64,000 bases of DNA from Eledone cirrhosa (GCA_964016885.1 OZ024741.1:64666001-64730000), one strand, 5' to 3'. Numbered from the stretch's first letter, positions 15,723-30,424 are shown. Numbers and translations: made by a program. Notes: generated by a model not told the origin, from the letters alone.

Positions 15723-16293
15723 ATTTATTAATGAATGAACACTTATATGACCTCCTTTTCACCCAAGAGACATACAGATACATATGCAAATATTGTGGGT
15801 CAACATTCATTACAGCATTTAGAGTGGCAGTACACACTTAGAGATTACATTCATATTAAAAGATACAATCAAATATACAGGTTAAAATACATGAAAATAA
15901 GCGGTTATATAGTGCAAAGGTTATATGTGTGGCAAGCACGTGCGTCTTGTTTATATAGTGTGGCAGAGAGTTACGTGTAGTAGAAGCACTTAGGTAGGTA
16001 AACACTCTTGTTTACCTACCTAAGTGCTTCTACTACACATAACTCTCTGCCACACTATATAAACAAGACGCACGTGCTTGCCACACATATAACCTTTGCA
16101 CTATATAACCGCTTATTTTCATGTTGTATTTTAACCTGTATTTTTGATTGTATCTTTTAATATGAATGTAATCTCTAAGTGTGTACTGCCACTCTAAATG
16201 CTGTAATGAATGTTGACACACAATATTTGCATATGTATCTGTATGTCTCTTGGGTGAAAAGGAGGTCATATAAGTGTTCATTCATTAATAAAT

Positions 16294-16340
16294 TGCTCCG
16301 AAGAATCCAAACCTCGGTTTGGAGGAAACAGTTGTAAGCA
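16294..16340 (+). ncRNA. Minimal type I hammerhead-like motif (right arm)
   Basis: TGCT-CCGAAGA-A-TCCAAACC-TC-GGTTTGGA-G-GAAAC-AGTT-GTA-AGCA; stem I TGCT/AGCA; near-palindromic stem III ACAGTTGT; U4C core variant and an A/G mismatch at the base of stem II. Confidence 0.6.
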
Positions 16341-16730
16341 TAAAAATGTTTTGAACAGTTCTTTGATTCTTATATTTCATATATATATATATATAATCTA
16401 AAAACAGTTATAGAACATTAGTAAAAGAGACATTAAAGAGCAGTGTGACTGAGTGACATGATACAAAGTGTTGATTAGTCACTGAAGCAATTATATATAA
16501 TGGAAAAGTGGAATGGGTAAAGATAAGTAATATGAGAGAGAAAAGAGAAAGAATGTTTAGAGAGAGAAAAGTGAAAGAAAGAGAGAAAGATGAGGAATTC
16601 GAGAGCAACTACCTACCCGATAGGAGGCTTGAATGAATTGGGGCTGTGAATTTGATAAATATCAAATTTGAATATTTGATAAAAGATATGTATGTGTGTT
16701 TGCGTATATGTATGTTTGTGTGTATCTATC

Positions 16731-16768
<38 letters not shown>

Positions 16769-18727
16769 GTCACATACACACACACATAAAATTTAAAAAG
16801 TGGTTGAATATTTACAATGCCAACAGCAATGATAAAATCTTTGGTAAATAAAAAATGATAATGGTTTTAAGGGATATATATATGATTAAAATTAATACCC
16901 AAGTTTAAGAAAACATTTATGATCGATCTTACTATTTAGGAGACAGGTCTTAAAAGTAAGGAATAAACCTGCATTTCAATGGGTTGATAACAAATTTCAT
17001 GAAAATAATCCTCTTTTTGCCAAAGTGGCCTTGGTTCTATGATACTAAGTGATTTATTTGAAAGTGATAAGGTTTATCATTCTATCATAATTTTATGTAA
17101 GAACATAAATCCCTCAAAATTCCTGATTATTTTCAAAATTTAGTCTAATATTGCAAAATTTCACAATGATCTAGTCACAAATTAAGATACTATAAACATT
17201 TGAATTATCAGACCCAATTTTTAGATAATTTCTGCTGAATCATTACTGGATGTTGAGAATGAAGCACATACAGCCTCTGTTAATCAGCAGCTTTTTTAAG
17301 GTTTATGTACAACTTGACAAAAAGAGGATATGAACTCTGCTGCAACATGTCTGATGAGATTCCTTGCTGTCATTTGGTTGCAAAACACATCATCAACTTC
17401 CCATCTTGATAGGAAACACACTAGACAATGTATTCTGAATTACAGAAAGAGGAGATTGTCAAAACTGGAACACCTATTAGGTCAGGGCTGATTTGGTGCT
17501 AAACATCATCATCTCTCTTAACTGCTTGCAGTATTAACACCAAACCCAAGTTACTTTATAAGGCTATTAAAATTCTTTTTCATTTTAATGCGTGTGCGTG
17601 CGTGTGCATCTTGTGTGTGTGGAGAGGGGGGTGTATAGAATTAATAGGTTTCATTATCAATACTAAAATATAGCTAATGAGTGTGAAATAAATATTTGAA
17701 ATGTCTCATGAAATACAAGCTACTCCAATTAATTAATGAAGGTTTTTGAGGAATTTAGTAAAATCATTAATTATTTCACGATCAAACGGTTCTTACATAA
17801 AATTGTTGGGAGATTGTAATATAAATAGAAACCCTTTAAATGGGTGGTTTTGTTTCATAGAACCAGTCTGCTTTGGCTGGATTGATAGTAAAAAGGTTAA
17901 GGAAGGGTGAATGATTGGGTGGGTGATGTGGGTTGTAAATTTAAAAATTAAATAAAACAATAAGAGGAATCTATCTGACACACTAAGCAAAGATGTTTTT
18001 TTCATGTGAAAAAATGTCAATATTATAAGGAAAAAAATACACAGAAAAAGTATCAAATCAAATCAATTTTTAGTATAAAATGGAAGCCATACAGAAGATG
18101 CATTTTCCTTTCGATAAGCAATAAAATTGATTATGACTCAGAGTTGAAATAAATCTATTATATTATGTGATTCTATACAATATTGATTTCTGACATAGGA
18201 ATGTGGGTTCAGAATTAGAGAAAAAGGAAATTAGACTGCAAGACATTACATGCCTTTCTTAAAGGTATCAATTAGAAATACAAGCGAGATGGCTCCAGCA
18301 TTGAATCCAAGACAGTCTTGGACTTGAATCACCAGCAGCTAGCTCCCATTTGCCATTAATATTTATGTGTAATAATGGTGATTTCTTATTATAACATAAA
18401 ATGATTCCAGTGTACTTGTTTTATAAACTTTGGTAGAAACTGATCTCAGAATACAGACAGAAGCAGGGAACTAAAATCTGAAAGGTATATAGTACAGCAC
18501 TTTGCTTACATTTAACTTACTGCCGGTACATTAAGTTAAAGGTTTTCCTACATTTATACAAGTGCTGAACTGACCTCAGTACACCCTAGTTCAAATTTTA
18601 TAGTCTTCATAAAATATTAAAATAAAAGTTAATCCTCAGTAGGATTTGAACTCAGAATGCAGAACAGAACTGAAAAGTATTTAGTACAGTGTCCTACTGT
18701 TTCTGTTCCTCCATGGTCTTACTTTAT

Positions 18728-18907
18728 AAATAATTGTTTCTACTTTAGGCACAAGGCCAGCAATTACCCAGTGCATTACTGGTACTTTTATTTTATCGAC
18801 CCCGTAAGGATGAAAAGTCAACTTCGGCGGGATTTGAACTCAGATTGTAAAGGGACGTAACTATGCTGGAAAGCATGGCGTCCGACCCTCTACCGATACT
18901 GCCAATC
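18728..18907 (-). mobile_element. tRNA-derived SINE family B with ~18 bp TSD
   Basis: Minus strand: TGGCAGTATCGGTAGAG (A box), GAGTTCAAATCC (B box), CTTTTCATCCTTACGGGGTCGATAAAAT centre, ATT tail; TSD TCTTACTTTATAAATAAT. Confidence 0.85.
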
Positions 18908-19120
18908 TTACTTTATAAATAATACCTTGGATTAAAGGAGATAAATTAGATTTTAAAAATTAACATCTAAGACTATATATATGTGTGTGTGTGTGTGTGT
19001 GTATTCCTGTGTATATATTAGTATTTAGAATTAGCACACAATATCCCTGCATAGTGTAAAAAGTAACTTTAGAAAAGTTTAGAAAAGCAGACATAAAAAA
19101 AGATGACTATATATACATAT

Positions 19121-19303
19121 ATAATTGTTTCTACTTTTGGCACAAGGCCAGCAATTACACAGTGCATTACTGGTACTTTATTTTATCGACCTCGTAAGGA
19201 TGAAAGGCAAAGTTAACCTCGGCGGGATTTAAACTCAGAATGGCAAGGACCGTAACTCTATGCGTCAAAGCATGGCGTCCGACCCTCTACCGATACTGCC
19301 AAT
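19121..19303 (-). mobile_element. SINE family B
   Basis: Near copy of 18728-18907. Further copies at ~26985-27107(-), 34485-34585(-), 35745-35870(-), 38250-38322(+), 43095-43230(+), 46105-46173(+), 48210-48360(-), 49293-49410(-), 56705-57140(-, two copies). Confidence 0.85.
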
Positions 19304-20719
19304 GTGTATGAAGCATGACTGACTGTAAAGTAAACGTCCTGACACTCAACGTTATTGTATTATACCCTAAGTAAGGTACATAACTCTGCTTGCTTTACTC
19401 TGATTATCTGATGAAGTATATTTACACTTGAACCTTTTAGCATGTAGGAAACTATCATGTTAATGCTAAGGAATGGTGAAATTAAAACAAATATTTAGAT
19501 GTGGACATGTATATTTTATCATCATGGATCAGTTGTTTTTTTTATTAAATAACCTATAGGAAAACATCTTGTATGACTTCCATTCTAAATTTAGCATCTA
19601 CCATGCATTAATATAAAAACAATTTAAAACTGAAAATAATGAGCAGATCAATATACATATAGCAAATGAAAAAGCAATCATGGAAAAAGCAGCACTAAGT
19701 TGCCTATTTGACAAAGCCTAGCACAGGTGTGTATTTTACATATATAGAAAGAAAGCAAGAAAGCATTTGGCACACACAAACACAAACAGAAAACAAAACC
19801 AAGCAACTAAAGATGATGAAAGTGTATGAAAAATTAAGGGTTGGGAATGAGAGTTTTGATTGTTGTATGTTTTGTATAGTTGTTGTTATGTGAAAACTGC
19901 TAGGAGGAAACCTGTCAGGATGTAAAAAAAAGTGGCAGCAAAATGGTTTATATTCGGTTCTTTACAACCCGAGTTCAACTTCGCTTTTCATCCTTCTAAA
20001 TTAAAGAAACATTAGACAATGCAACATGCAGCATTGAAATAATGTTTCTCTAAATCACTTCATTCTACCTTCAAAGAGAGAGAGAGAGTAAGCAAGGGTA
20101 TGCCCATCCTTGAAATAATATTGAAATAACGTTTCTTTAAATTGTTTAAATCTCTTTGAAATAATGTTTCTTTAAATCCTGGATAACAGTATGTCAAGTA
20201 TTGAAATAATATTTTTTAACATCACCAAAGCAACAGCAAATAACGGCATGCAGTTATCTGGCCTATGATAAGGCTTGCAACCATGTGGATGGAGATCACA
20301 CCTAGTGCTCCAAGAAGAGAAAACAAAAGAAAGAAAAGTCACCTCCAGTTCATTACTACCACCACTTGCCCTAAATAGGGCAAGTGCCACTGGAAATAAA
20401 GTACCATGCACCTGTCTTGGTACTTGGTCTGTCAATGACTGAATTGTATCTTTGTTGTTTTGCCACCTGGACCTATCAAATGGCTGTTGTTCCTTCCTGT
20501 CTGAGCACACACCTTAGCTCTGAAAATGCAATGATCAAGAGCCATTTTTGTAGCAAGCACATTAGTCATGCTGCTTTTCTTAATCCCCTTTTTTTAATTT
20601 GCTCACTAGCTTCATCTCTAATCTATTTTCCTCTATTGCAACATCATTGCTATATCCTATAAATTTAATTCTAATCACCCTTCTCCACCCAACATGTATA
20701 CTCTATTTGCTTTATCATG

Positions 20720-22790
20720 TATCAGCATCATAATTTTACATGTTTCTCTACACTTGCAATGAATGGTTGGACAGGTCTTTCCCAGCACAGCTTCCCTCCA
20801 CTTGTTGCGTTTCTTCATCATCTCCTCTATGAAGTTCAGCATTTTGGGATCAGTCCTCACCACCTCTGCTCAGATCTTCCTCTACTGCTGCTTCCTTCTG
20901 CTGGGATTTCTTGGCACTTCTTCACCTACTCATCATCCATACGCACAACTTGTTCATACCAGCATGTCATTGCTCTCGCACACTACATCTGATTCTTCTT
21001 GTATCCACATTTTCTCTCAGTTCATACATGCCTTGTCCTTCATGTATATTAATATTGCACATCCATTAAATCATACTCACTTCATATCTCTCCAGCCTTC
21101 ACTGCCTATGTCTCCCTACCATGAAAAATTGCGCAGTCACCATAATCATTTTCGTTCATAGAGAGAAACCTTTTGTTGTCAATAGAGGTGGTAGCTACCT
21201 GAACTTTTCCATCCTGTTCTTATTCTAGCGACTATGCTCTTACAGCAAATTAAGTCACTTAGGTAACAGAAGCTATCAACTATTTCTAAGGAGCCTTCCT
21301 ATGTTTGAAAATGTTTATTTCATTGATGCTATTACTACTAAGTATCCCTGTATATCTGCCACATAGAACATCTACATTTCCTGATAGTCTGCCTGCTATC
21401 CCACAGCACCTCTTATGTACCCATCATTTACATTGTGTACACTGTATAGAGTTTCTACATACCAAGCAAGACCACTTCCCTGGTGGGATGAGAGTCGTGT
21501 CTTCTTTCCTACTTACTAACAATTTGGTTTTTGTCAAGCTTATTCTAAGCCTTTTTAATTCTAAGTTCTGTTTCCACAACCAGAATTTCTTCTCTACTAT
21601 TTCAAATTCAGTTATAAGAATTCATTTTTTTCCCTCCTCCTGTCCTGATGTGACAATCTTAATGTCAATGGTACCTGACTAGCAAGCCGTCAGGCTATTT
21701 CTGCAACAAGTCTCACAACCATATCTTAATCCTGGTATCGGTTGCTGTTCAAATATTGGAAATTTTTGCACACAAAAGTTCCTATGTAAAGCCAGCCTTA
21801 ATGGCCTCGAGAACTATGATAAACAAGAGGGGGCTGAGGACCGAGCCCTGATGAACTCCTACCTTTACATTGAATTCCTCACTGAACTCAGCTCCTACCC
21901 TCACTTTACTAATAGCTGCTCTGTACATAGCATGCACTGTTCTCACAAACTTCTCCAAATCAATGAAAGCTAGATATAGTAGCTTCCACTGCCTCATTGA
22001 GAAAAAGGCATCTGTGGTGCTATTCTGTCACAAAACTGAACAACATTGTATCTCATTTAATTCCTTCCCTAAATTAGTTGTCCCTGTAGTTGCTCCTATC
22101 AAAATTATCACCTTTCCCTTGTATCAATTAATGAGTATACTGCTATGCCAGTTATTGGGTATGACTCCATCCTATAATACCTGATTATGTAGGTGACTAG
22201 CTCGGTTTCAACTTCCCTTGGCGATTTTAGCATCTCAGTAACTATCTCTGACAATCCAGCAGTTTTACCATTCTTCATATCCTTGACTGTTTCTTTCACC
22301 CTATAACTGTCTATTTTGATAGCTGTTTCTTCTGCTGAGTAAGTTGGGGGTGGCCTCCCTTCCTCCGACTCATCAACCTTTCATAGTAGCAGCCCCAAGC
22401 CTCTTTCTTTTACGCATCAATGATGCTAAGTGCATTGGTTTAATTTCAAATACACTTTTCGCCAACAACATTCTAATTCGCACTGACACAGCTTTGCAAT
22501 ACAAAATATCTCACCCCTCTGATCTTCACATCGCAGAAAATTGGCAAACCGCCTGCTTTCAACTTTACATGCTATGTATATCTGTCATCTAGCTTCTCTT
22601 TTAGCTTCTTGATATTGATCTTTGCTGCTCCTATTTTTCTAGTCCTTCTATATGTGAGTCTTGGTTTTAACGGCTCTATCTGCAGTGGTGTTCCATTACC
22701 AGGTCACCCTCCATTTGGCTGATACCTTGCTCCAGCCACAGGTATCGTCAGTAGCCCGCACTATGTTGCCACATAGGCATTTCCAACTAC
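20720..22790 (-). pseudogene. Old, decayed RTE LINE copy
   Basis: Fragments [25 protein letters not shown] and KDMKNGKTAG on the minus strand, with many stops and frameshifts. Confidence 0.85.
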
Positions 22791-23779
22791 CTGCTATGAG
22801 ATATGTATCTAACTCTACCAACATACATAAAATCACTTATCCAATACAGAGCTACCACAAAACAACAGTTAATCACTATTAGGTTATGACAACACACTAG
22901 AAATGTATACATTCAATATAAGTGAATAAAAACAAATAATGCAATAAATATGTACATACAACCAGTGTACATATATCCCACCAGTTTACATAGCCAAACT
23001 ACAATAGTTTCACACACTTGTAAACACTATTATTGTTGGAAACTTTAATACACACATCACAATAGAAAATCAATACAAATAATATAAGGGTTGACTTGAC
23101 ACACAGCATCACAAATAAACCCCCTTTACATCCTAAACACTCCACACCAGAACACCCAAATACTTCACCAAGCCAACTACAACACCCCATTTCATATCTA
23201 GCTACAATCTCTGTTCCACATATCTAAACTCCCTGAAACAGTTCCCTAATTTGACTCCAGCCATCTCCAAACATCATCGAAACACACATAAATGTTTTTT
23301 TAAACTTCCACAAACATCAAATAAGCACAGTGATACCACTTCACTTATGCCAAGAACAATTCAAGTTTGCATTACCCAGTGGTGCAAATCACCAACATAG
23401 ACATTGTCATACATGAAAAATTAAAAACTGCTTCAAATGTTGTAACCTCAGATATACTCAACACCTTCCTATGAACACTTCTTTGTTAACCCACACAATC
23501 TCCTCTCCACTTCACAACATGGATCAGAACTTCCATACTACTCACAAATGTTACATAACAAACACAACCACATCACTACTATTGAGACCAACAAAACTTT
23601 TGACTATATCCCCATTCTACCTACTTGATCATGAGCTGAATCTTTGGAAAAAAATTAAATGATCATGACTGGAACACCTTTGATCAGGGTTAAAGAATAA
23701 AAAACAACATACTTTTATATATAAAATACTAAATAACTTAAGAAACAGCATACTGGCTAACAACTTATCTCTCAGGTGG

Positions 23780-24160
23780 ACAAGCCTATGTAAGGTATAA
23801 GAATCAACAACTTACCGAATGGTATATCAAAAGGATGTTCTCCCATTCAATCTTTTTAGCTTATACCTAGATGATGTTCCCACACTTCAAAAACATACAT
23901 AAATTCTCATATGCAAATGATATCACAGTGCCATCTTCCCAGCTGCTCAACTTCTAACTCCTTACACTAAGCACATAGAAATCTGTCTCCAAAAAAAACT
24001 TACAGTAGTAGCAACTATCACTCTTAACAACAGAACATCAATTACAAATAACCATCACAGTTGAACATTTTTTATACCAACCTGCCCAAAACCACATTGG
24101 GCTCTATAAAAAAAATGACTCATTCTAAAAAGTTCCTACAAAAATCTTGAATCTTTTGAT
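23780..24160 (+). pseudogene. Highly decayed non-LTR RT fragment
   Basis: Degenerate G.(P)QG..SP..F..Y.DD.P and YA(D)DI-like segments (GGTATATCAAAAGGA...TATGCAAATGATATC). Confidence 0.35.
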
Positions 24161-27134
24161 ACGTTAAAAAATACCATCTTAATAATTTTAGTAAATTCTT
24201 CACATTAGATTAAATATATCTTTTCTCTTTGTAATGTTTCTTTAACAATCGGTTGCTAGGTGAGGCATGTTAATTGACCTGAGATCAGTCCCTGATCTCA
24301 GAGGCTCAATATATCGAATAATAATAATGATAATGTATGAGTTAGGCACATGACCACAAATTTTGGGGAAGCAGTGTATAATATATTTAATTGACCTTAA
24401 AATGATTAAAGGTGAAGTAAACCCTGCCAAGATTTGAATTCATCAAGTAAAGGGACATAACTAAATATTGTAAAGCAATATCCAGTACACTACCAATGCT
24501 GCTATTATCACCTAGCTTATAAATATTAATTATTGGAAACAACTCAGAAATTTGAAAAGAAGAATACTGTCAATAACATTGAACTCCAGTAATAGGCAAG
24601 TACTTTAGCAACCATGAAAATACAGAAAACAGTTTGAACACAGAAAATAAAGGGACATAACTAAATACACGAAGGTATTTTGTTTGGCCATCTACCAATT
24701 CTAACAACGAATATTTCTAACACAGACACAAAACAGCACAAATTTTGGACCAAGAATTAAATATACCCAATATTTGACTGGTATTATTCAACTGGAAAAA
24801 TTACTAAATGATATTGTGAAACTCGGGTATGAAATACATTATACAGTTCGAGTTAAGAACCTAACAATTATTATTTAATCTATGATCAGTCCGAATCAAA
24901 GGCATTCCGGGCATGAAAATATTTATTTATTCAGACATAATGAATCGATGGTAAGATTATCTAATGTGTCCTTCCTTTTTTTTTTTTAAGACAGTAAGCT
25001 ATGATTTGAATGAGATTTGGCAGTTTCTTCTAAGGCGACCATCTCGTTGGATTGAAATTATGGACAGTCAAGGGCGGTGCCCCAGCATGGCCTCAGCCGG
25101 ATGGCTGAAACAGGTAAAAGAGAGTCAAGTTTTTATATAAATCAATACCTGTCCCAGAAACAATAATATATCATCGACAAAGAAGATAATAAATTTCTTA
25201 TAAAGTTAAAGAGAAACGTGAGTGACGTTCATGGCCTTATAAAGAACACAAACAGCTAGACAGCAGTAACCGCAACCGGGTTTATCGAATTCATTTACCT
25301 TACGACACTTCCTTGTATCAAATAATAAATCCTTACAAATATCTATACAACAAACTTTCCAGATAAAAAGAACGGTATGGCGAAGGATGAATGATTAGCT
25401 ATGTAAATAATTGTTTCTACTATTGGCACAAGGCCGTAAATAATATGTAATGGTTATGAATGGAAAGAATCGAAGACAAACTCAGTTCGCCGGAAGTGAA
25501 CTATTTCTGTAGCAGTTGCTTAAAACGATATTGATAATATAATGTTTATGTCTTAAATAAAAAAACAAATACTGCATCAATTGAATTATAAAAATTCTTA
25601 AAAGTATCTTCATAAAAGTAAAGTAAAATAGTAAAAGTTCAAAATAAAGGATGCATTTATAACACTATAATTTCCTTTGTTATTATAGCTGACCTAAATT
25701 AACTTCTAAAATTAAAACAATGAAGTCCATTAATACAAGTTAACTAGAACCGATAAAAAATAGTTTTTGAAGTTATCAAACTGATGTTTTTCTCTTTAAT
25801 AAATATTATATATATAAACGGTTTGTGTAAAGGCATAGACCTCATAAAAATTCAAAATAAGCGAGAATCCTCAGTTTCGACAGAATAAATACATGTACCG
25901 AGTACTTTTTCTCCCGCTTATATTCCCACACCATATAAAACTACTGTTTTGAAAACAAAACTAAGAATGTAAAATATATATTCAAAGTGAGATTATATTT
26001 TTTATCAAGTAATATGCTGTGGTGGAGTGAATGCTTGATATGATGAGCCGTGTATAATTTTCTTCGTTCTCTAAATAGTTCCAACTTAGATCGCTAAATA
26101 TCGTCTGTAACGGGAAGAAATCTCTAACCTAAATTATCTCTTATCATCTCTCGTCCACCCATCCATTCCAAAATTTCAAAATTCTTCGTTTCTGAGTAAT
26201 AATTAGTTATGAATAGTTAATTGATAATTATGAAAAGTAATTATTACTAGAAATCATTATAAAAGAGAAATAATGCAATCAAATGAAGACTAGAGTGAAC
26301 AAAGTTCCTGTTGTTTTATTTAAGTCGATATATACACACACACACATACATACATACATACATACACACATATATAAAGCATTAGATCTCAATAAAAATG
26401 ACTCAAAGGAATATATCAATGTTCTCTCTCATACTATATAAATATAATCGTATTTCTTATTTCAAAAATGAACGAATGAACTAGGTTTTAGAAAGGACGA
26501 GGCAAGAGAAAAAAGATGTCTGAAGTGGAAGAGAAAGGAGCTAAAGCGGGGACATAGTTTCGTGTTGGTAGCACGTTTGACTTAACCTCATAACATTATA
26601 AATATTTCTTTGGTTTGGGGGAGAAGAGTAACTTTATTGCTTATTTATAAATTAACAATCAGTAGAAAATCTGGATATGTGTTATGCAGATCGAACGAAA
26701 ATCGAAGACCGGTGTTTTGAAATTACTAAAATACATGATATAGATATGACGATGGAGACAACCGACTGCTAGAAATGGCAACAAAATTTCCCTGGAATTA
26801 CAACAGACACATTAGACTATGTAGTCTTAAGATAAATAAAACATACTGTATGGCCATGGCTAGAACGTATTTTCTCATGAAATTAGTTCGTCGAGTGCTG
26901 GCCTTAGTCTAAACATTCACATTCGGCTTATCTGATAGCATTTTCGACAATTTTACTATAAATGTGAATATGGGTTATATCGAATAATAATAATTGTTTC
27001 TACTTTTGGCACAAGGCCAGCAATTACCTAGTGCATTACTGGTACTTTATTTTATCAACCCCGTAAGGATGAAAGGCAAAGTTAACCGCGGCGGGATTTG
27101 AACTCATAATATTCGATAAATGTTTTCTCATTAT

Positions 27135-27170
<36 letters not shown>

Positions 27171-27449
27171 GTAAGATCATAGCCAAAGAATTGTATCATA
27201 ACATTTATTAAATATATCCTTAAAAAAAAAAAACTATTATTTACATCTGTGAGAAAGCATAACAATAATACGATCTTCAATAATGATACAGATGGTAAAT
27301 GAGAAGAAACGAGAGGAAAGTTCGGTTTGGAATATGGCAGCGATCGGAATTCCTATTTTTGTTAGAAAGCAGACAAAAACATATGCCGTACATCCAGGAA
27401 ATTTAGTTATACACTAGCACACACATACATACATTATAACTAGATATAG

Positions 27450-27729
27450 TGAGTTTTTGTGTTTAATGAAGTCCCGTGTTCGACATCTAAGCATGGCACC
27501 ATGAGCAAGTGCATTTTACCATAGTCTTAGGTCCACCGAACCTTTGTGGCACCTGGGAACACGTTAAATGGTCTGCACCTGTAATTCAAAGGGTCCAGCC
27601 TTGTCACATATTGTCAGGCTGATTCTACCTGAGAATTACGTGAAGAATACAAACCTATGGAATACTCAGCCACTAGACAATTCAGTTGATCAAACTAGAA
27701 CACTCATCACTGAAATCGACGGAGATCCA

Positions 27730-27730
<1 letters not shown>
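27450..27730 (+). mobile_element. Older CORE-like SINE (family C)
   Basis: GGCACCATGAGCAAGTGC CORE-like block followed by (CA)n; related decayed copies on minus at ~37310-37450, 47800-48010, 49820-49950. Confidence 0.5.
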
Positions 27731-27782
<52 letters not shown>

Positions 27783-28106
27783 CTTGTGTGTGGATCTCCA
27801 CATATATATATATGTATATACATACACACAGAGATATATATACAGCAATGAACAATAGAAACTAAACTGTTAAGTATACTTTAAAACAGAATTTGCAAAA
27901 GAAAAACAATAACCAAAATCCTAATTAATTAAACATTAATTAGTAAAATATATATATAGATGTCTAGTTATCTAACTATATAGCGATCGCGCTAAAACTT
28001 CGAAGTCACTGCCACATTTCTACATAGATAATACATTTCTACACTCTATCCACCAATGCTGAGTGCTCAATCATTTAATGTTTGAATATTTTAAATACAC
28101 ATTATA

Positions 28107-28156
<50 letters not shown>

Positions 28157-29659
28157 ATAACTGTCGTCTTTCTATGGAAAATTTTCATAAACATTGTTGA
28201 TAGTTTTTGAGTTAATTAATAAAAGAAAAATTAAAAACTCATTAGATGTTACCTTTAAACGATAAAAAAAAAGAAAAGAACCATTAAATACGGAAAATAA
28301 CTTTAAAATATAACCAAAAACAACTGATTTCTATAAAAGTAGTAATAATAAATTTAATCTGCTGCCAACGAGTTTCGATTCTCTAAATGTAATCATTTAA
28401 TTTCATCGTTTTGTTTAGACGAGAGAGCATGAATGGAGATAAAAAACATCCTATCTGCTACAACCCTTTGGTAAAACTGGAGCTTTCAATGCAAAAATAA
28501 CAATTATGGTAATGATAATCATAGCATAAAAATTCATCTACTATTGTCTCGCCACTACTATTATTTTTATTCAATACCACCATCATACCTTGCCACACCT
28601 CACCGAACGATTTGTAATTCAAATATTATGTAATAATAATGACGATCGTCACGATACAGACACACACACACATCACAGCACATCCACCCATTATAACATC
28701 CTTCAAGAGATTCCTCCTGCCACAGTAGAATTGTAGTATGTGTTTGTACAGGATGTGTATGAGTGTGAGATAGAAACGAGCACTATACATATATATAATG
28801 TCGTAGTAAGGAAAGTCAAAGGATTATGGATATATGGATGGATGGGAGATTGAAAGAGGAAGAGAGAGAAAGAGAAGACAAAAATATGGAGGTAAATAAA
28901 GAGAGAGAAAGAGGGGAACATAAGGTGAGGAAAGATTTTTAAAAAAACGAGAAATAAAGAATATATGAAGATGGAAGGGGGGATCAAGAGAATTTAGGAT
29001 AAAGAGAGGGAGAGATGGAAAAATACGAAAGCATAGAGATAGTATATGAAATTATGAGACACAATATGAAATAGAAAATAATTTTATATAGCAAATTAGC
29101 GTAAATATATAAATGTATTTTATATATATATATTATATATAGATATATATTATATATATATATATATATGTATACATATATATATAATACAGAGTAAAAT
29201 TAAATACTAAAATTAAAAATACATAATTAAAAAAAAAACATAAAAAAATATAGATATGATGAGTGTGTGAGTGTGATTTTTTTTAACAACCTTCAATTCC
29301 TTCTTCCTTTTCGGCTCCGCTCGTTGTCCAGATACCATCGCAGAAAAAAGGGGCTTTTTCGTCGTCGTGTAAAGAAAGATGTCGCGGCGTAGCCTTGCCT
29401 TGATTTTTCCCCACGTCTTAAATAACTTATATCTGTGTATGTGTGTGTATGTCAGTCTGTCTCTCTCCCTCTCTCTCCTTCTCTTTCTGTTTGACCGTAT
29501 ATATAAATATATATATATATATTATATGTGTATGTGTGTGTATATATATGTATGTATTTATATATATATGTATAAATATATATATATATATATATATACG
29601 TATATATTTATACATATATCCCCCTCTCTATTTCTATATATAGCTCTGCATCACCCCCT

Positions 29660-30005
29660 CTCTCGCTTGTTGCTCTTTCTCAGTGTGAGTGAGGGTCTCT
29701 GTCTCTCTTTCTTTGTAAATGTGTATCTCTCCCTGTCTCTATCTCTCTATGCGAGAGGGGAGCTTTTCTCTTTCCCTCTCACTGTATGAGGTATTTCTCT
29801 CTCCCTCTCCCTCTCTCTGTGCGCAGGTCTCGGTCTCTCTTTCTCTCTCACTCTCCCTCTGTGAGCAGGTCTGTCTCTCCCTTTCCCTCTCTCTGTGTGC
29901 AGGTCTCGGTCTCTCTCCCTCTCTCTGTGCAGGTTTCGGTCTCTCTTTCTCTCCCCTCTTCTTCAAATTCGTGTCTTTCTTTCTTCCTTCCTTCCTTCCT
30001 TCTTC
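29660..30005. repeat. CT-rich tract with ~26-30 bp tandem units (CTCTCTGTGCAGGTCTCGGT)
   Basis: Repeated TGTG(N)GCAGGT(C/T)TC(G/T)GTCTCTC units. Confidence 0.7.
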
Positions 30006-30081
30006 TGGTTTTGGCAGAAACCGACTTTCAAACGCGCCACCCACTTGAAAACACTGATTACATATGTAATATATTACTTAC

Positions 30082-30210
30082 TAGATATCCTGATGGCGAA
30101 AATGACCGCATTGGTGGTGGGCCCTGGGGGGCATAGCGGTGCTGCTGCTGTTGCGGCGGTAGCGGTGGAGGCGGCGGCTGTTGTTGCATATTCATCTGAT
30201 GATGCTGCAT
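30082..30210 (-). CDS. Probable first coding exon of a host gene (MQHHQMNMQQQPPPPPLPPQQQQHRYAPQGPPPMRSFSPSGYL, 43 aa, phase-0 donor)
   Basis: ATG in GAGGATG context; GC-rich stop-free Q/P-rich frame ending exactly at a consensus GTAAGT donor; ~230 bp downstream of promoter motifs. Confidence 0.7.
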
Positions 30211-30272
30211 CCTCGCCGCTCTCTTTTCCTTTTTGTTTGTTTGTTAGGTTGGTTAGTTTTAGAACACTTCTC

Positions 30273-30303
<31 letters not shown>

Positions 30304-30424
30304 CTCTCTCTCTCTATGTTTGTTATCTGTCTGTCCCTTTTACTCCCGCTTACACCACTTCTCTTCTTCTACTGCTGCTGTTGTTACTACTTTGCTGCTG
30401 CTGTGACTACTACCACTACTACTG

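Larger units (their letters stand above)
15633..16383. repeat. Large fold-back inverted repeat (arms ~372/375 bp, 4-nt loop CTCT at 16005-16008)
   Basis: Arms are reverse complements with about three substitutions and one 3-bp indel; the ORF track shows mirror ORFs. Confidence 0.97.

Noticed and set aside
15735-16281. Mirror-image 81/82-aa ORFs
   Set aside because: A consequence of the palindrome; no recognisable protein features
19405-19490. CTGATGA followed by a hairpin as a hammerhead (also similar hits at ~17351, ~48125 and ~54815 minus)
   Set aside because: No properly placed GAAA, stem III and stem I combination
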